From the NCBI GenBank assembly GCA_044892525.1, contig CM097885.1:8930001-8994000 (forward strand): a stretch of DNA of 64,000 bases, written 5' to 3'. The stretch's first letter is position 1, and each line of letters opens with the position of its first letter. This DNA is from Schmidtea polychroa. Taxonomy: Eukaryota. Below are positions 19,571 to 34,527 of the stretch, in pieces. The translations under genes and the position numbers were made by a program. The notes below the pieces were generated by a model, which did no database searches, had not been told where the DNA came from, and worked only from the letters and a program-made list of their open reading frames with translations.

Positions 19571-19975
19571 TTGGAAATATCAAAATCATTATTGGAATAT
19601 AAAAATAATTATTGGAAATATCAAAATGATTATTGGAAATATCAAAATCAATATTGGAATATGTTAGCCACCTTAACCAGATGTTTGGTTCATCCCACAT
19701 CGCCAATTCTGCTTACCAAAAATGAAGAAAGACACACCTCGAACCCATTTAAAGTTTGAGAATTAGTTGAGAACATTTCGTCCCCAATACTTCTAATCAT
19801 TCGCTTTACCAGGTTAAACTACAATCACAAATATCAGTTATCCTGAGGGAAACTTCGGAGACAAGCAGCTACTAGATGGTCCGATTAGTCTTTCGCCCCT
19901 ATACTCATGTCCGACAAAATCAATATTGGAATATCAAAAATCAATATTGGAAATATCAAAATGATAATCAATATG
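19571..19975. repeat. ~21-bp minisatellite (tattggaaatatcaaaatcaa) flanking the 28S fragment
   Basis: Units visible at 19571-19662 and 19916-19975. Confidence 0.7.
19663..19915 (-). rRNA. Degenerate 28S (LSU) rRNA fragment, non-functional
   Basis: Reverse complement reads TATAGGGGCGAAAGACTAATCGGACCATCTAGTAGCTG...CCGAAGTTTCCCTCAGGATA...GGTAAAGCGAATGATTAGA...TTCTCAAACTTTAAATGGG...TTTTTGGTAAGCAGAATTGGCGATGTGGGATGAACC, conserved eukaryotic LSU core segments. Confidence 0.9.
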
Positions 19976-20268
19976 TAAAATAACCAAAATCAATATAGGA
20001 AATGTCCAAATCGATGGAAATAACCCAGAAATCGATAATAAATCGATGGAAATAACCCAGAAATCGATAATAAATCGTATGTGTATAAAAAATCGATTAA
20101 TGTGCATAAAAAGTCTATAAAAATGTGATAATTATTATAATATAATAACAATAGAGAAATACAAAATTACACAAGCCCAGTTTTATTTATCATAATTTAA
20201 AGCATTGTGATAATAATCAATAGAAATCTCGGCATGGTGTCATTCACAGATATATGTATATGTGGTTC

Positions 20269-23200
20269 TCATTCCACCATCATTTCGAAACTCAAGTCGG
20301 TGTCAGAATGGTCCTGCTCATACAGCACTAAGATATCTGATGCTAATGTCCGGATACGGCCGAATAACGGAGTAGAGTTGACTGATAGCGATTCGATTGA
20401 TGCGATCAGATCCGGGTGGCGCTTTAGGATGGCTGCGTAGCGTTTTCCTGTAAATGTAATGATCCGTAATTCGCATCGATCACTGACAATAGGAAGCAAA
20501 TGGGACTCCTCGTTTGTGATATTTTATTTAAATTTTTATATTTTTTTTTAAATTTTTTTTAGATTAAAATTTATTTTTCCCAATTTTATTTAAAATTTTA
20601 AATTATGAAATGAATAAAAAATTATTTTTTCTTAATTTTCAATAATTTTATTTTTTTTAAATAAAAATTTTTTATAAATTTTTTTTAATTTTTTTTTATA
20701 AATTTTCCTCGTTTGTAATATCATATTTAAATATTTATATTTTTTTTAAAATTTTTTTTAGATTAAAATTTATTTTTCCCAATTTTATTTAAAATTTTAA
20801 ATTATGAAATGAATAAAAAATTATTTTTTCTTAATTTTCAATAATTTTATTTTTTTTAAATAAAAATTTTTTATAAATTTTTTTTTAATTTTTTTTAATT
20901 TTTTTTTATAAATTTTCCTCGTTTGTAATATCATATTTAAATATTTATATTTTTTTAAAATTTTTTTTAGATTAAAATTTATTTTTCCCAATTTTATTTA
21001 AAATTTTAAATTATGAAATGAATAAAAAATTATTTTTTCTTAATTTTCAATAATTTTATTTTTTTTAAATAAAAATTTTTTATAAATTTTTTTTTAATTT
21101 TTTTTAATTTTTTTTTATAAATTTTCCTCGTTTGTAATATCATATTTAAATATTTATATTTTTTTAAAATTTTTTTTAGATTAAAATTTATTTTTCCCAA
21201 TTTTATTTAAAATTTTAAATTATAAAATGAATAAAAAATTATTTTTTCTTAATTTTCAATAATTTTATTTTTTTTTAAATAAAAATTTTTTATAAATTTT
21301 TTTAAATTTGTTAATTTTCAATAATTTTCAATTTATTTTATTTTATATTTAAAATCATTTTTATTTTTATATTTTTTTAATCTTTTAATAAATCTTTTAA
21401 TAATTTTTTTATATTTAAAATTTATTTTTCTTTATTTTAATTTGTTCCTAATTTTATTTAAAATTTAAAATTATAAAATTAACTTTGTCCCTTTTTAAAT
21501 TAAAATTTTAAATATTATTTTTCTATTTAAATTTTACCATTTTTAAAAATTTGTTCTTAATCCTATTAAAAATTTTAAAATTATTATTTTATTATTTTTC
21601 TTTTCAATAATCTTATATTCTTAAATTTTTCTTTTTGTAAATAAAATTTTTTTAATTTTTAAAAACATTTAACATATTAATTCTATTTTAAAATTAATTT
21701 TTATTTTTTTAAATTAAAATTAAAAATTTTTTCTTGAATTATTTTTATTTTTATATATATTTAAAAAATTAATTTTTCTTTTTATAATTCTATTTAAAAT
21801 TTAAAAAATTATTTTTCTATATATTTTAATTTATTTATAAAGATTTGGAAATAAAGTGGAATTTTGAATTTTTCTCAATGTTTTCAGTCAATACCTTGAG
21901 TTATTGGATGAAAGGACAAAAGAAGAAAAAGAGAAATGAAAAAAGAATTCAAGGAAAAAAGAAATAAAATTGTGGGGAAAATAATTTATATTGAATCATT
22001 TTTTATTTATTTTCAATATTTATTTTTAATATGTAGCAATAATTCTTGAGACTTGAGAAGAAACTAATTGTCAAAGATTTAATGTCAAAGATTTAATGAA
22101 GACTAAAATACTGTTGCGGGAAAGTACAAAACTTAATTTAATTTGTATATTAGTATAAAAATGATTTTTCTTAGGGCTGATTTTTTATAGGATGGGATTC
22201 CCAAATAATTTAAAAGGGGGAAATTAAATATTATTTAATTAGTATAATAACCAAAGAAACATACGTTCAATTTTCATCGTATGCCTAATAGCCCATAGCG
22301 CCCATAATAAAATAGCTCGTGACGATTCTCCCCTTTTAATGAGATTCTCGAACGGAGAAAATGATCGGTAACTGGCCATGAGGAAGTTTGGAGTGACCCA
22401 TGATTCGACTGCAGTATACTGAAATAATGTTTAGCGAAATTCATATCATATCCTAAATGCATTTCACGCAACTATAAAAGTAGTAAAACATACAATGCAA
22501 TTCTCGTAAAATGACTTGTCCAATTCGCATTTCTCTTTCCATTCGAGGTTACTTATTAGTAGTAGATTTGAAAGAATACCTCCGGCGAAATATGTCATTT
22601 GAATGTCTTCTTGAACGAGCATTTTACTGGAAATTAATTACTTTTGAAGTAGTGATACATGGATTTGTGAAATTTTTAATCAAAGAGTCACTGGCGTAGC
22701 TACCTCACTTAATTTACGCGTGTAAACTATGTGGTTTATCAAAAAAAAACCAAAATAGGTCGTTAAAGTTGCCTGAATATATTGCATTTGCGTATAATCA
22801 CCAATTATAATGTTTATAATAAAATAAATAACAAAATGAAATTATAATTATAATTATCAAATTACAATAAAAATATAGCTATTTTTTAAATTTAAAATCA
22901 AGCAATATAAAAATCAAATATAAAAATATATAAATCGATCACAGAAATCATCAATTTAAAAGTTTCTTAATTTAATTTAATTCTTAATTTAATTAATTCA
23001 CGCGCGTGAATAACGGTTGGATAAGTGTTCAATATTTGAATTTCGGGTTCATAAGTTAATCGAGATAATAAAGAGGAACAATTTACTTTAATTTAGAATT
23101 GCTATATAATTTTCATTATTAACGTAATGAATTGCGACAAAATCGTTTAGTCAATGCATTGTCCGGAAATGCTAGTTCATGTGATGTTTACGAGATTGTA

Positions 23201-26200
23201 AATAACACGTAAAATTAATTAAGGAAATTCATAAACCAATAAGAGATAGAAAATATTTCAAAAATGCTTAAAGCTATTTTTATATAAATAATTTATATTT
23301 ATATAGTGTAGTGTCTGTGACTTGCGACACCAAATTGACCGATCATAGAAATCGATAGAAATTCCATGAGAGCTTTGATACCTGATATGGCGATTGTTTA
23401 TGAGTTCAGCATGTCAAAGTATTGTAATCTATATCTGGATTTTTGGCTATTCAAGACTTATTGGCCGGTCAAGAGTATCACTAGCATTGGAAATCAATCC
23501 TCTAAGGAAGATTTCTTTGTGTTGATGATCAAGCTTATCAACTGAGTTTACTTATGTATCGCGTATGTATGCACATTAAGTATTGCTTGTAATTTTTCTG
23601 TTGGGTTATTGATTTATTTATTTGTTCTAAAGAAATTCTTGTTTTAAAAGAAGTTTCGCGGATATTTTGAGAATAAAGATTTTTAAAAACTTTCGTTTTC
23701 ATTATGAAATGGTGTAATTTAAAGAATGAATATGAATTCATATGTGTTGAAAATGATATTAAATCTAAAGATATATTTTTTCATGTTAAATCTATCCCAT
23801 CTTTTCTTTCAATATTCCCAGAGTTGACAGATGATCCATGACTCGAATTATGTTGGATAAATTTAATGCACCAATGATATGTTTCAATGATAGACTTATA
23901 ATTATAAGATCCTATATCACATATATTATTTATAAAATCTTCTCAAGTGGTGTTGCTGTTCGAATTTACCAGTGGCGATGTTTGAAACAAGCATTAAACT
24001 TATTTTTTTGATTATTTAATCAATCATTTTAATTTGATTAATTTAATGTATTTTAAATTTAATTATTAAATTGATATATTTATTAATTTGCATGTCTACA
24101 ATGACTATAATGAATATATTGGATTTTCATTGAATATTTGATGCTACAGTATTTTTATAAATATATTTTTTGTCATGATAAAAAATGTACTACACAAAAG
24201 TGCATAAATTGACCATGAATAAATATTATTTGAAATAAAGATAAAAATTGAGGGCGTTGACCGTGGAAAGGTAAAAATACAAACATATCCTACACACAAC
24301 AACCCTATAAAAATTTATTATTTATAAGTATGTAATGCAGTGGAACAATGCAAATTATAATTTATTTAAAAATGGCAACTTAAAACTTTTTTAGAAATTA
24401 TGGAAAATATAGGAGAAACGCATCGAAAACCCAAAATATCTAAATACTCAGAAATTAATATAATAAAAATGATTTATCGAAGTCAAGAAACAAGGAGAAA
24501 ATTACTGCGATTACATAAAAAATTCCCTATTTTTTCGTAATTGAAATCCTTTTAGAAAAGCTTCAAATATGTGTTTAAACGACAATTTAATAAGTCTTAC
24601 CGTTTTCAATTATCAATCATAAATGTAATGAAATTCATAATATATACAAAATTTTGATGTGAAATATAACTATTAACTATCAAGTTTCCCCTAATATTTG
24701 TCTTTGCTGCGCATAATTAACCTTTTCTAAGGCAAAGGAAACTAAAAGTGATGTAGGTCACACACACTTGTCTGTCAGTTGTCAATAAATATAGCGGGGA
24801 AACAAATACTATAAATTTGTTTTCTTGTGGCTCAATATATGCCAGTAGTTGTACCAAAAATAAAAATGATTACACTTAGATATTTTTATTAGTTTAAAAT
24901 GGTGTACAGTATATTGCCACCACCTTAGAAAGGGTTAATAGGCTTTGAAGAGTACCGCGTGGAATTATTTTTCTTTCGTACTAAAATATTCTATCTTTCT
25001 ATATTGAATGCCCTTATTTACTGTCCATTATTATTGACATTCACTATAGACGAGGTTTTATATATTGTTAATAAATTACTGACAAATATAATAGTTGTTA
25101 TTAGGGCTGTTATTATAATAACATACATTTATAACTGATTATGTTTCAGATACACACATAATTAACTACTTTTTATCTTATTGACAAATTCCCTTATTTA
25201 ATGTCACCTAAGACTATATCTGCAACAATTTATGTAAGCCCTTATATTTCAGTATACATACAATAAAGGAACTATAATGCATAGTGTTGCATAATTGTAA
25301 CAAAACGCCATTGTGTTTTCAAATTATTCTAATAGATGTCTCTGTACACGTGACATTGACTTTTTTGAATTTAGAAAAATCATGCATTTAAGGGTTAAGT
25401 GGAATTTCATAAATCTTACCGCTGTTAAAAATCAATCATATAAATCCAATCAAATTCATAATAAATACGAAATTTTAATTTTAATAAAAATATTATTAAC
25501 ATTAACATTATTTTAAAAAACTTCGGAAAATTTGAATACAAAATATAATTATTAAACTACCAACTGCCCGTAATATTTGTCTTCTTCGCCCGTAATGTAT
25601 GCGTGTGATTAGTATAAATGCAATATTATGTGTTAAATGGGTGAGGAGTAGGGGAACAGCAAGCAATCGAACTTATGAATGCCATGTTACGGCAAATATG
25701 GTTAAACCTGGTGAATACTGAATTATTAAAAAATTTCCATTGAAAATGGAGAATGAAATTATTAATATGGGCATTGCGAGGGATTTTAATAATAATTTTA
25801 TAGATAATAGAAAATAGAATTACCCCAAGAAATTGAGGTATTCTTCTCGCAACAATGCCGATCTGCATTCTTCTTCTTCCGCAATATTATTCTGCAATTC
25901 AAATGAATAAAACGAATACATCAAAATAATGAATTGATATAAATTAGATTATTATTTATTATTTTATTAATATTTATTATAATTATTATTATAATTATAT
26001 TTATAATTGTTATTAATATTATTATTGAATTAATATTTGTTACCATAATTTTATTTATTATATCAATATTTTTTAATTATTATTATTTTAATATTTTATT
26101 AATTATTATTTTATTAATATTTATTATTATTTTAATTATATTTATAATTGTTACTGATATTATTAGTATTATGATTATTATTATTTGTTATTAATATTTA

Positions 26201-28899
26201 TCATTATTTTAATATTTTATTAATATTTATTTATAATTGTTATTGCTATTATTTTTTTATTAATATTAATTATAGTATAAAGGACTTAATAATAATTATT
26301 AATAAAAATTCAATAGAAAAAGCAAAAACTGTCTGGGGGAGAAGAGGTGCAATATTTATTAATTATTCCTTTTTTACGTCAAGTTTGTCTGGAAATGCAA
26401 GAAACGACACCGCGTGAAATTTTAAAATTACTATAATTAATAATTATTAATATCGTATTAATTTACTATTTATTTTTTTGTTAATTTATAATCATCATTA
26501 GTTTTATTTTAATTATTTATTTATTATTATTTATTATTACAATTTAGATTATTTGTCACAAGCATTTTGCGTAAATAGCTGTTATGAATATTAATATTTG
26601 TTACCATAATTTTATTTATTATATCAATATTTTTTAATTATTATTATGTTATTAATATTTATTATTATTTTAATATTTTATTAATATTTATTATTATTAT
26701 TTTTTATAAATACAAACTTCAATTGAAAAGAAATCAGAGGTGAAAATTGAAAAGTTCTTATAATTTTATTAATTTTTTAATTATAGTATAAAGGACTTTT
26801 GAAAATATTAGGAACTTAAATATAATAATCATTATTAATAAAAATTCAATAGAAATAACAAAAACTGTCTGGGGGAGAAGAGGTGCAATATTTATTAATT
26901 ATTCCTTTTAATGTCAATTTTGTCTGGAAATGCAATTCTTGCAAAACCAAGTGCTCATTAAAAGAAACGACACCGCGTGAAATTTTAAAATTATTATAAT
27001 AATAAAAATATAAATAATAATAAATTATTTTTTTTATTTTAATTATTTATTTATTATTATAGTATCGATATTATCATAAACAATTTAGATTATTTGTCAC
27101 AAGCAATTTGCGTAAATAGCCGTTATACCAAAAATCGATCAATAACTCACCAACAGCCCGAGACATTTGTTGTAAATGTGTGAATTGATTGTTGTCGGTG
27201 AACTCTTGAACTTATCAATCATTATGAAGTAGACAAGGAGTCCTTGTTGCTCAACGAATTTCCTGCAAGCTGCTGTGCACTCATCGGTCAAATTCCACAA
27301 CGAACTGAGAGTGAATTTCAAAATGAAATCGAAAATCGGCTCTCCAGATTCCCGCAACCTCGGCCGGATCTTTGCGAGATACGATTTGCTATCGACCGAT
27401 TCGAGATCTGATTGAAGGACGCAACGGCGGCATATCAATCGCAAAAGGATTTGAAAGTTCAAATCATCATTGACCAGCTGTCGCAACTCAGATTTCGTCA
27501 GTTCCGATGCGATAACCGATATGATAATGACTCCAGCCTGATTGATGTTCTCGATATCGTAGAGCTGCATGCCTTTGAATATGAGCTGGCTCAGCTTGAG
27601 TTTGTCATAGATTGCGTTCTGGATGATGTAATCGTTACAGATGACGAGGAAAATGTTCACCACCAGCTGCTGGTTGATATCGGGCGTGTCGAGATAGATA
27701 ATCAATAATCGGACAATTTCCGACAGCTGGGAAATCGACCATTTCTCTGCATAGCTACCCTTGGTCAGATTGTACACCACAGCCGTTACTGCAATCAACC
27801 ATTCGTGTTTGTGCGGTTTGATGGTGCGCATGTGGCTGATTATTGTCGAATTGAGAGTTTCATTGAAGAACGGGGAGCTTTTCGTTTTGTCGAACAGCAA
27901 ATGAAGCGATGTCGTCAGATAGTGTTTGTGCTTGAGAGAATAAATAAGGCAGTTTAAGATAGTGATTTTTGTAAACGCACCAATGAATGTGATTTGGGGA
28001 TTTTCTTTGATGAATCTTTTCCATTCCGGGCTATTGGAAATCTGATGATTGGCGGAATCGGGATTGTAAATGAAATATTTCAGCTGAGTTGCTTTATTCA
28101 ACATTGTCAAAAGCGTTCTCGTTTTGATGTTGTTTTGATTGCCAGAAAAATCCAATAATCGAACGGATTTCAAAAATTTACTCGAAAGAATATCCGAATC
28201 ACTACCGATTTCTATTTTCTCCGGGTCGTTGTGAGATAAATCCAAATATCGCAATTTTGTCATGTTTTTCAGGATGGAAAGGATGTTGATAAAAGCTCGA
28301 GAATCTAACATGTGAATGTCTAAAAACTCCAGTCGATTTTCAATATATGAAAGACATGATAAATCGAGAACTGTTGTTTCGGAAATATTTAATCCAACCA
28401 ATGATTGGAATGATGTACATATTTGTTTCAAATGGTTTGAAGTGAGACCGGTTTTAGATAAATCCAAAAATTTCAAATTTGTTAACTGGGTTAAAAGTAT
28501 AAGAGGATATTGCTTTATGGCAACTTTGCGTAGTTTTAAATACTTTACTTTGTTTTTTGTGAAATCATTGAAATTTTCTAAAAAAACTTCCATTTCACAT
28601 GACGTAGATCGAGAAGAAAAAGACGATAAGTTAAACTGTTTTAAAAATTCATAATCTCCCATTACTGCAGAATCCAAAGTGATATTCGATATACTGGATA
28701 TAATTGGGGCAAAATATCCTAATAAATGCCGATAATTTTTTGTTAGTAATATTCTTTTCAAAAACTTTTGTGAAGCACGCTCTGGTAGGGTTACATTTTT
28801 AATGTATGCATAATATACTTCCAAATCATTTTCTAGCAATTGAAATGACAGGTTAAAAAACTTTTCTATGCACAAATCTTCTAAATTCCCGACAAGCAT
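20269..28899 (-). CDS. ZYG11: ZYG11-family CUL2 substrate receptor (LRR + ARM), multi-exon
   Basis: Large exon 28899-~27148 (LEDLCI, LRRs, AVVYNLTK, LKFTLSSLWNLTDECTAACRKFVEQQGL, KCLGLL). Then NNIAEEEECR (~25890-25823), IQMTYFAGGILSNL (~22627-22495), SWVTPNFLMASYRSFSPF...LLWALWAIRH (~22419-22266) and KRYAAIL (~20447-20269), collinear with ZYG11B. Confidence 0.88.
20505..21310. repeat. ~200-210-bp AT-rich tandem repeat (about 4 units) in a ZYG11 intron
   Basis: Anchor cctcgtttgt recurs at ~20508, 20707, 20917 and 21126. Confidence 0.85.
24721..24934. mobile_element. piggyBac-type MITE
   Basis: TTAA on both sides; TIR cc(t/c)tttctaagg / ccttagaaaggg; second copy at 55870-56096. Confidence 0.85.
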
Positions 28900-29809
28900 C
28901 TAAAATACAAAGATTAAATGAAGCATTTTACTATTTTAAGGCAATAATTTAATTTTAACAAGTAAATATTGACATTGTTTATTAATGGAAAAACTTTTAA
29001 ATTAAAGTATTAAAAATAGAAATATTTTAAATATTATAACAAACTTTTATTGTTTAAAATATCATAAATTAAAATTTTAAATTACATTAATTTTCAAAAT
29101 TTTAATGTTTCTATAATAACTATACTATATAAAACACACAAGCTATTGAATTGTTGAAAATTTATTTCAAATAATAAAAAATTCTCTAATAAAAAATTAC
29201 AAGCTTACGAAGAAATTTACATTTTTAAAATATAACATTTTGAAAGCCTCAGAAGAGAAGACAATATTTTATCCAAAGATTCAGTCGTTTGCACTGTCAT
29301 TGAGTAGTTTATCTTGGCTAAAATACTTAATTAATATAGTATTGTAGCTAGTGATTGATCCTGTAAATTTATTGTATTCAAAAATATAAACTTTTCTATC
29401 TAGGGACGCGTGGAGTCAGAAAATAAAATTCTACTTGAAAAATAAACCCAACAATCTAAATATTCTTCTTTACTTATTTATAACATATAAAATAATTTCC
29501 TAATCAAATTTATTGGTTTTTAATACCTTTGCTATAATATGCAGCTAGAAATAGTTCTCAAAATTATTTTTACTAAGTTTGACTTGATATTAAAATCTCT
29601 TTAAGATGATATTTGCTTTTACTATAATTAATATTTATAAAATTTTTTTATCTATACACCAGTTGCCAATTGATAATCATCTAAGTGGCATTGATTAGAC
29701 TTTTGATAATATAAATATTAACTTACTTATAACAAATTTGTGTGTGTGTCATAGCTAGAAGTGACATTGAATAAGCTTTGCGATTTAAAAAGGCTCTTAC
29801 ACTATAGAA

Positions 29810-31748
29810 CAACGGTGGGCAAATGCGGCTCTTCGTTGAGTAAACTGCGGCTCATTGATAATTGAATTCTTGATAATCGAATTCGATTTTTTATTTTGAA
29901 ATTTTTCACTAAATGTTTTGAGAAAAAATTTTTTGTTGCAATTGTATTTTCATAAATGTCAAAAATTAACGAAACATTGTTTTTCATATTTTACTGCTTT
30001 TTAAAATTATTTTGTAGTAGGCGGCGCTTTGTTATAACAACGAGAGAGAAGAATCAAAAATAAATTTAGTGAATTTTGATTGGTTATTATTTTGTTTGTA
30101 CAAGATTGCGGTCGTTTGTATATTTTAGTATAGTTTTCTATTCGTGTTTTTTGAAAAATTTGGTAAGAAGATTTTTTTATGAAGCATTTTAAAATTTTAA
30201 ACTAATTAAAATTAAATTAATGTCTTTTTATTATTTTGTTTAAATTTCAGCCATATAGTTATTTAAATTTATTATTATAATGACATCAGAAAACATCAAA
30301 AAACGAAAATACAGACAAGAAAATAGAACTTTTCAAGAAGAATGGACAGAAAAGATTTTTTTTATTGACAATAATGGTAAATCGTTGTGTCTTATTTGTA
30401 AAGGTACAATTTCCAACTACAAAGTAACCAATTTACGTCGACACTATGAAGTACGTCATCCACACTTATCAATTCAATATCCACTCAATTCAAACTTGCG
30501 GACAGAAAAACTTAAGTCATTGCAATCAGGGCTTCAAGCCCAACAAGGACTATTATCTACTTTTAGTCGAGAAGATGACAGTGCCAACGAAGCTAGTTTT
30601 TTGATAGCTTGGAATATAGCTCGTGCTAAACGTCCATATGGAGAAGGTGAATTTATTAAGAGAAACTTGGAAGAAGTGATTAAAGTTTTGGATCCGCACA
30701 ACTCAAAATTACATAAATTGATCTCACGTATTCCTATTTCACGTCGTACAACTGAGCGTCGAATTGGCCAAATTAGCGAAAATGTTTAAAATAATTTGAT
30801 GTGTGATTTAAAAAATTGTACAGCATTCAGTTTAGCTCTCGACGAGTCTACTGACATTCAGGATGTTCCACAATTAGCCGTGGACATTATGGAACATTTG
30901 CAAACATTAAATTTGGCTTTACAAGGAAAAGAAAAGATAATTATTGATTTGTCACAAACGTTATTTAGTTTTGAAGCTAAACTTCGGCTTTTTGTGAACG
31001 ATCTTAGGTCGAAAATATTTAATCATTTTCCACGAATAAAAGCTAATATAATTGATATTACAGAAGAAAAAGTAAACGAATACAGTGAAAAATTGGAAGA
31101 ATTGCAAGCGGATTTCAAATGTAGGTTTCAAAATTTATAAATCTACATTTGCATTTTTTGTGAACCCATTTATTTGTGATATTATTGAAGATGGATTTCC
31201 AATTTCTGAAGTAATACTTGTTAAAAAAGCGGTTGGGGAATTGGAGTTATTAGATATGAAAGAGGACCAGGCTTTGCAAATGCACCATAAATCTACTTCT
31301 ATAGTTGAATTTTGGAAACTCGTACCAGAGGCAAAATATCCACACTTAAAACAAGCTGCTTGCCGTCTAATTTCAATTTTTGGTACAACATATTGCTGTG
31401 AATCTTTGTACTCCACAATGAAGTTCGTAAAGTCGAAATATCGTTCACAGTTGACCAATCAGCATCTTACAGAATTGCTGCGAACAGCTTTAACAAAGTA
31501 TACACCAAATTTCAAAAATTTGACCAAAAGTCTTCGTTAATTCAAGAAATTTTATTACTTTTTATTAATGGATTTTTATGTTTGTTACTTAATGTTTGAA
31601 ATAATTATTTTGTTTTTTTTTAATAGTGTTTAAGTCTCTTTAATCAAATTAATGAAATAAAAAAAAATATGTACTTTACTATGGTGGCTCTGTAAAAAAT
31701 AAATTTTCGGAAAATGGCTCTTATTGAACCCATGCGTGCCCACCCTTG
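29810..31748 (+). mobile_element. hAT DNA transposon (Buster/SPIN/GTF2IRD2-like), internally deleted
   Basis: TIRs caacggtgggca / tgcccacccttg; perfect 8-bp TSD ctatagaa (29802-29809 / 31749-31756). Confidence 0.95.
30280..31540 (+). pseudogene. hAT transposase with stop, frameshift and central deletion
   Basis: BED finger CLIC...LRRHY..RH; FSLALDESTD; FGTTYCCESLYSTMKFVKSKYRSQL. DVPQLA is joined directly to VDIMEHL, so the catalytic middle is missing. Confidence 0.9.
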
Positions 31749-32299
31749 CTATAGAAAGATAGAAAATTTCACTGTTGAAAAAAATTAAATACACACAAAC
31801 ATGGTTCACAAAATTTATATAATAAAAAATACATACAATATGACATTGAATAAGTTTATGGACATTTAATAAGTTTTAAAATTTTCAATTTTAAAACAAT
31901 TAATTATAAACATGTGTGAGCATATTTCAAAATGCTTCTTCAGAATCGAATATTCCATAGGAAGAAATTCATAGAAATGTGTAAGTTTTTCACTAAACTA
32001 TAGTTATTTTATAAAATCTTTATATAGAATAACCATTGCTGATAAAAAAGGATCATTAAACCAATGGAAGATGGCCATGATTATTGCGAACTAGGCAATC
32101 AACAATTCTTACACTAATTATTGGACAGAAATAACTCGACCAAGTAGAAAGAAATTATTATTTCACATTAAACTAAATGAAATTGTTTTTAGCAACAAAT
32201 CAAAATGTTGACATTTCAACAAAGACAATTTCCAGATACCTAAATAAAGTTTAAAAGTGTAACGAAAATGTTTATATTATTTTAAAAAATTTTTGTTTT

Positions 32300-33100
32300 C
32301 TGAGTGTCTTGATTTGTGTTCGGATTTTCGTAGTGATTATACAATTTTATTAATTGATTTTTGAAAATTGGATGAAGTTTATAAAAATAAAAATTGTGTG
32401 TTTTTAAATATCGCAGTATGTATTTATAATTTGTTGCTAAATTTTGCTTAATATTTAAATGATTAAAATTTTTCATAAATGTTTTTGTTATTAGCCACAT
32501 GCAACAAAGAAAGTAAAAATTTCTCTAACAAAGAAAAAAATTACTTGAAAATGCAGTGCCGAAAATTCGTGAATATAAAAAAAACATCGATATATTTACT
32601 GATTATAGTTATTTAAATACAATGTCAATTGAAAAGACATCAGAGGTGAAAATTCTAAAATGTTCTTATAATAAGACAGAAAAAGAAATTGTGGGACTTC
32701 ATTTTGCACTAGGGAAATTATGCGGAGAAATGCATGGATTGTATGTGGTGCCCCCATTTTATAGAAGTTTGCATATTTATCTATAAAATATTAAAAATTT
32801 ATATATTTATGTTAAATATTTATATTAAAAAATTTACTAAGAGAAAAAAAGGTTTGTTTAAATAATCAGAAACTAGAAACATGCGCACTTTTAAGAAGAA
32901 AAAGGAAAGGATGAAGCTCAACAATACAGAAGTATTCAGTCAGTATTGCAGCCAAATCACGATCACAATTCTATGATTAATAAATTTTTTATTTTATTAG
33001 TTACAATATTGTAATAGAATTTTAAAATCCAACGAAATATTACAAATAATGGAATGTTTAATAAGCTAAATATAATGGCAATTATTATAACTATTTTATG
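32300..33100 (+). repeat. ~800-bp interspersed repeat, inverted copy at ~49375-50152
   Basis: cagtattgcagccaaatcacgatcacaat (32941-) is the reverse complement of attgtgatcgtgatttggctgcaatactg (~49518-). Homology runs across the block; shorter fragments at ~6610-6735 and ~26718-26762. Confidence 0.85.
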
Positions 33101-33458
33101 TTAAATTAAATTGAAAAACAATTAAAAAAATACTTAAATAAACATGGTAAAGATTTTATTAACAAAAATGGCCATTCGTAAATCTTTTTTACTATATATT
33201 TCGATAGCATCACTATCATCATCAGGTTACCTACATTCACGACGGATGAATAACTATACAATATTGATAATTTATAAACAATTTATAAAATCTATAAATT
33301 TTTAAATTTAAATAACAATTTTAAATAATTATTTTTAAAAATAATTTTCAACAATCAATTATTTTATACTTTTAAAATTCTTTAAAAATTTTATTTTAAT
33401 TATTTAACATAACTATTATTCAATATACATCAACATACAAAAATTTAATTAAAAACAT

Positions 33459-34290
33459 TCAACACACACGTATTCTTGACACGTATTCAAACTGCAGATT
33501 GATTTTAGGAATAAAAGTTCTTATCAATAATGCTTCACATATCACACGCTCAAAACAATTATCAGAATTTTTTGATAAGATTTTAAAATTCGACATCACT
33601 AATTCTCTCATACAAACTTTATTATGATCCTTAATATTGGACACTCCCTTCGGTCGACAATTGTTCTTGAACTCGAGTACAGAGATGACAGGAAGTCTCT
33701 CCAATGTATGTGGCATTACACCAATTACATGTGAATCGATAAACGAGATCCGAACACAATCCAACCTGCGTTTGAGATTTATTAACAAACATACTACTTA
33801 CTTTGCATGATTTTGAAACAATTCTATAATTCAATTTACCAACCTGTTTACCAATCTTTCTTTAGAAATCTATCCTTCAGAATACGGCAATACCATCGTA
33901 TATTTTGGCTCATCTTGTTGGTTAGTATCAATATTCATATTCACTACATCATTCGACATATCAGTCAATTTACATTCATTCATACTACGATTCTTAGCAT
34001 TATTCATACATTTATCAACAATCTCCTTCAACATTAACAATAAAAACCGTTTTGATTAGCCATTCTTCACCAGTAATCCAACTAATTTATCTACACTTTT
34101 TACTGAATTTTTAAAAGTAGAAGATAAGCACCATGATCGATAAACCAATCCTTTCACCATATTTCTTTTATATTTAAATTCACAAAAACTCTCTAGGGTA
34201 GTATAGAGGCCGGTATCTGTTGGTTTTCTATAAATTTCTGTCTCATATTGTTCATCTTTAAATTTAATTAACAAATCAAGAAATGCTATG
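33459..34290 (-). mobile_element. Penelope-like retroelement 3' part (RT thumb + GIY-YIG endonuclease), degenerate
   Basis: FLDLLI...ETEIYRKPTDTGLY...LVKNG (PLE RT C-terminus); LVYRFTCNWCNATYIGETS.HL.TRVQE (GIY-YIG); CEALLIRTFIPKINLQ. Confidence 0.88.
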
Positions 34291-34527
34291 GATGTGATTA
34301 ATAATAATGTGATTAATATGAGTAAGATTGTTCTGCCTAATGAAGAGCTACGTATTTTAAAATATGGTCCTAACCATTGCATAAAAAATAGGATTGATGA
34401 AAATAAATTGCGTGCAAAAATCGAATGTGTTTATTATAATATATGTAAATCAAAGAAGGATGTTGATCTACTTACGATAAAAAGTATGCTGAGTGCAATT
34501 ACGATTGAGTATATTGTGTTGGGCTAG
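34288..34527 (+). mobile_element. Penelope-like N-terminal ORF fragment in inverted orientation
   Basis: VINMSKIVLPNEELRILKYGPNH resembles the PLE N-terminal motif VxNLSxxxLxxxExxxLxxGxxF. An apparent continuation GFVILDHDVYVKKVNEVL lies at ~36580-36660. Confidence 0.55.

Noticed and set aside
27412..28654. Plus-strand ORFs opposite ZYG11 (likewise 15687-15875, 31135-31458, 42525-42959, 43432-43674)
   Set aside because: Antisense shadows of real coding regions.
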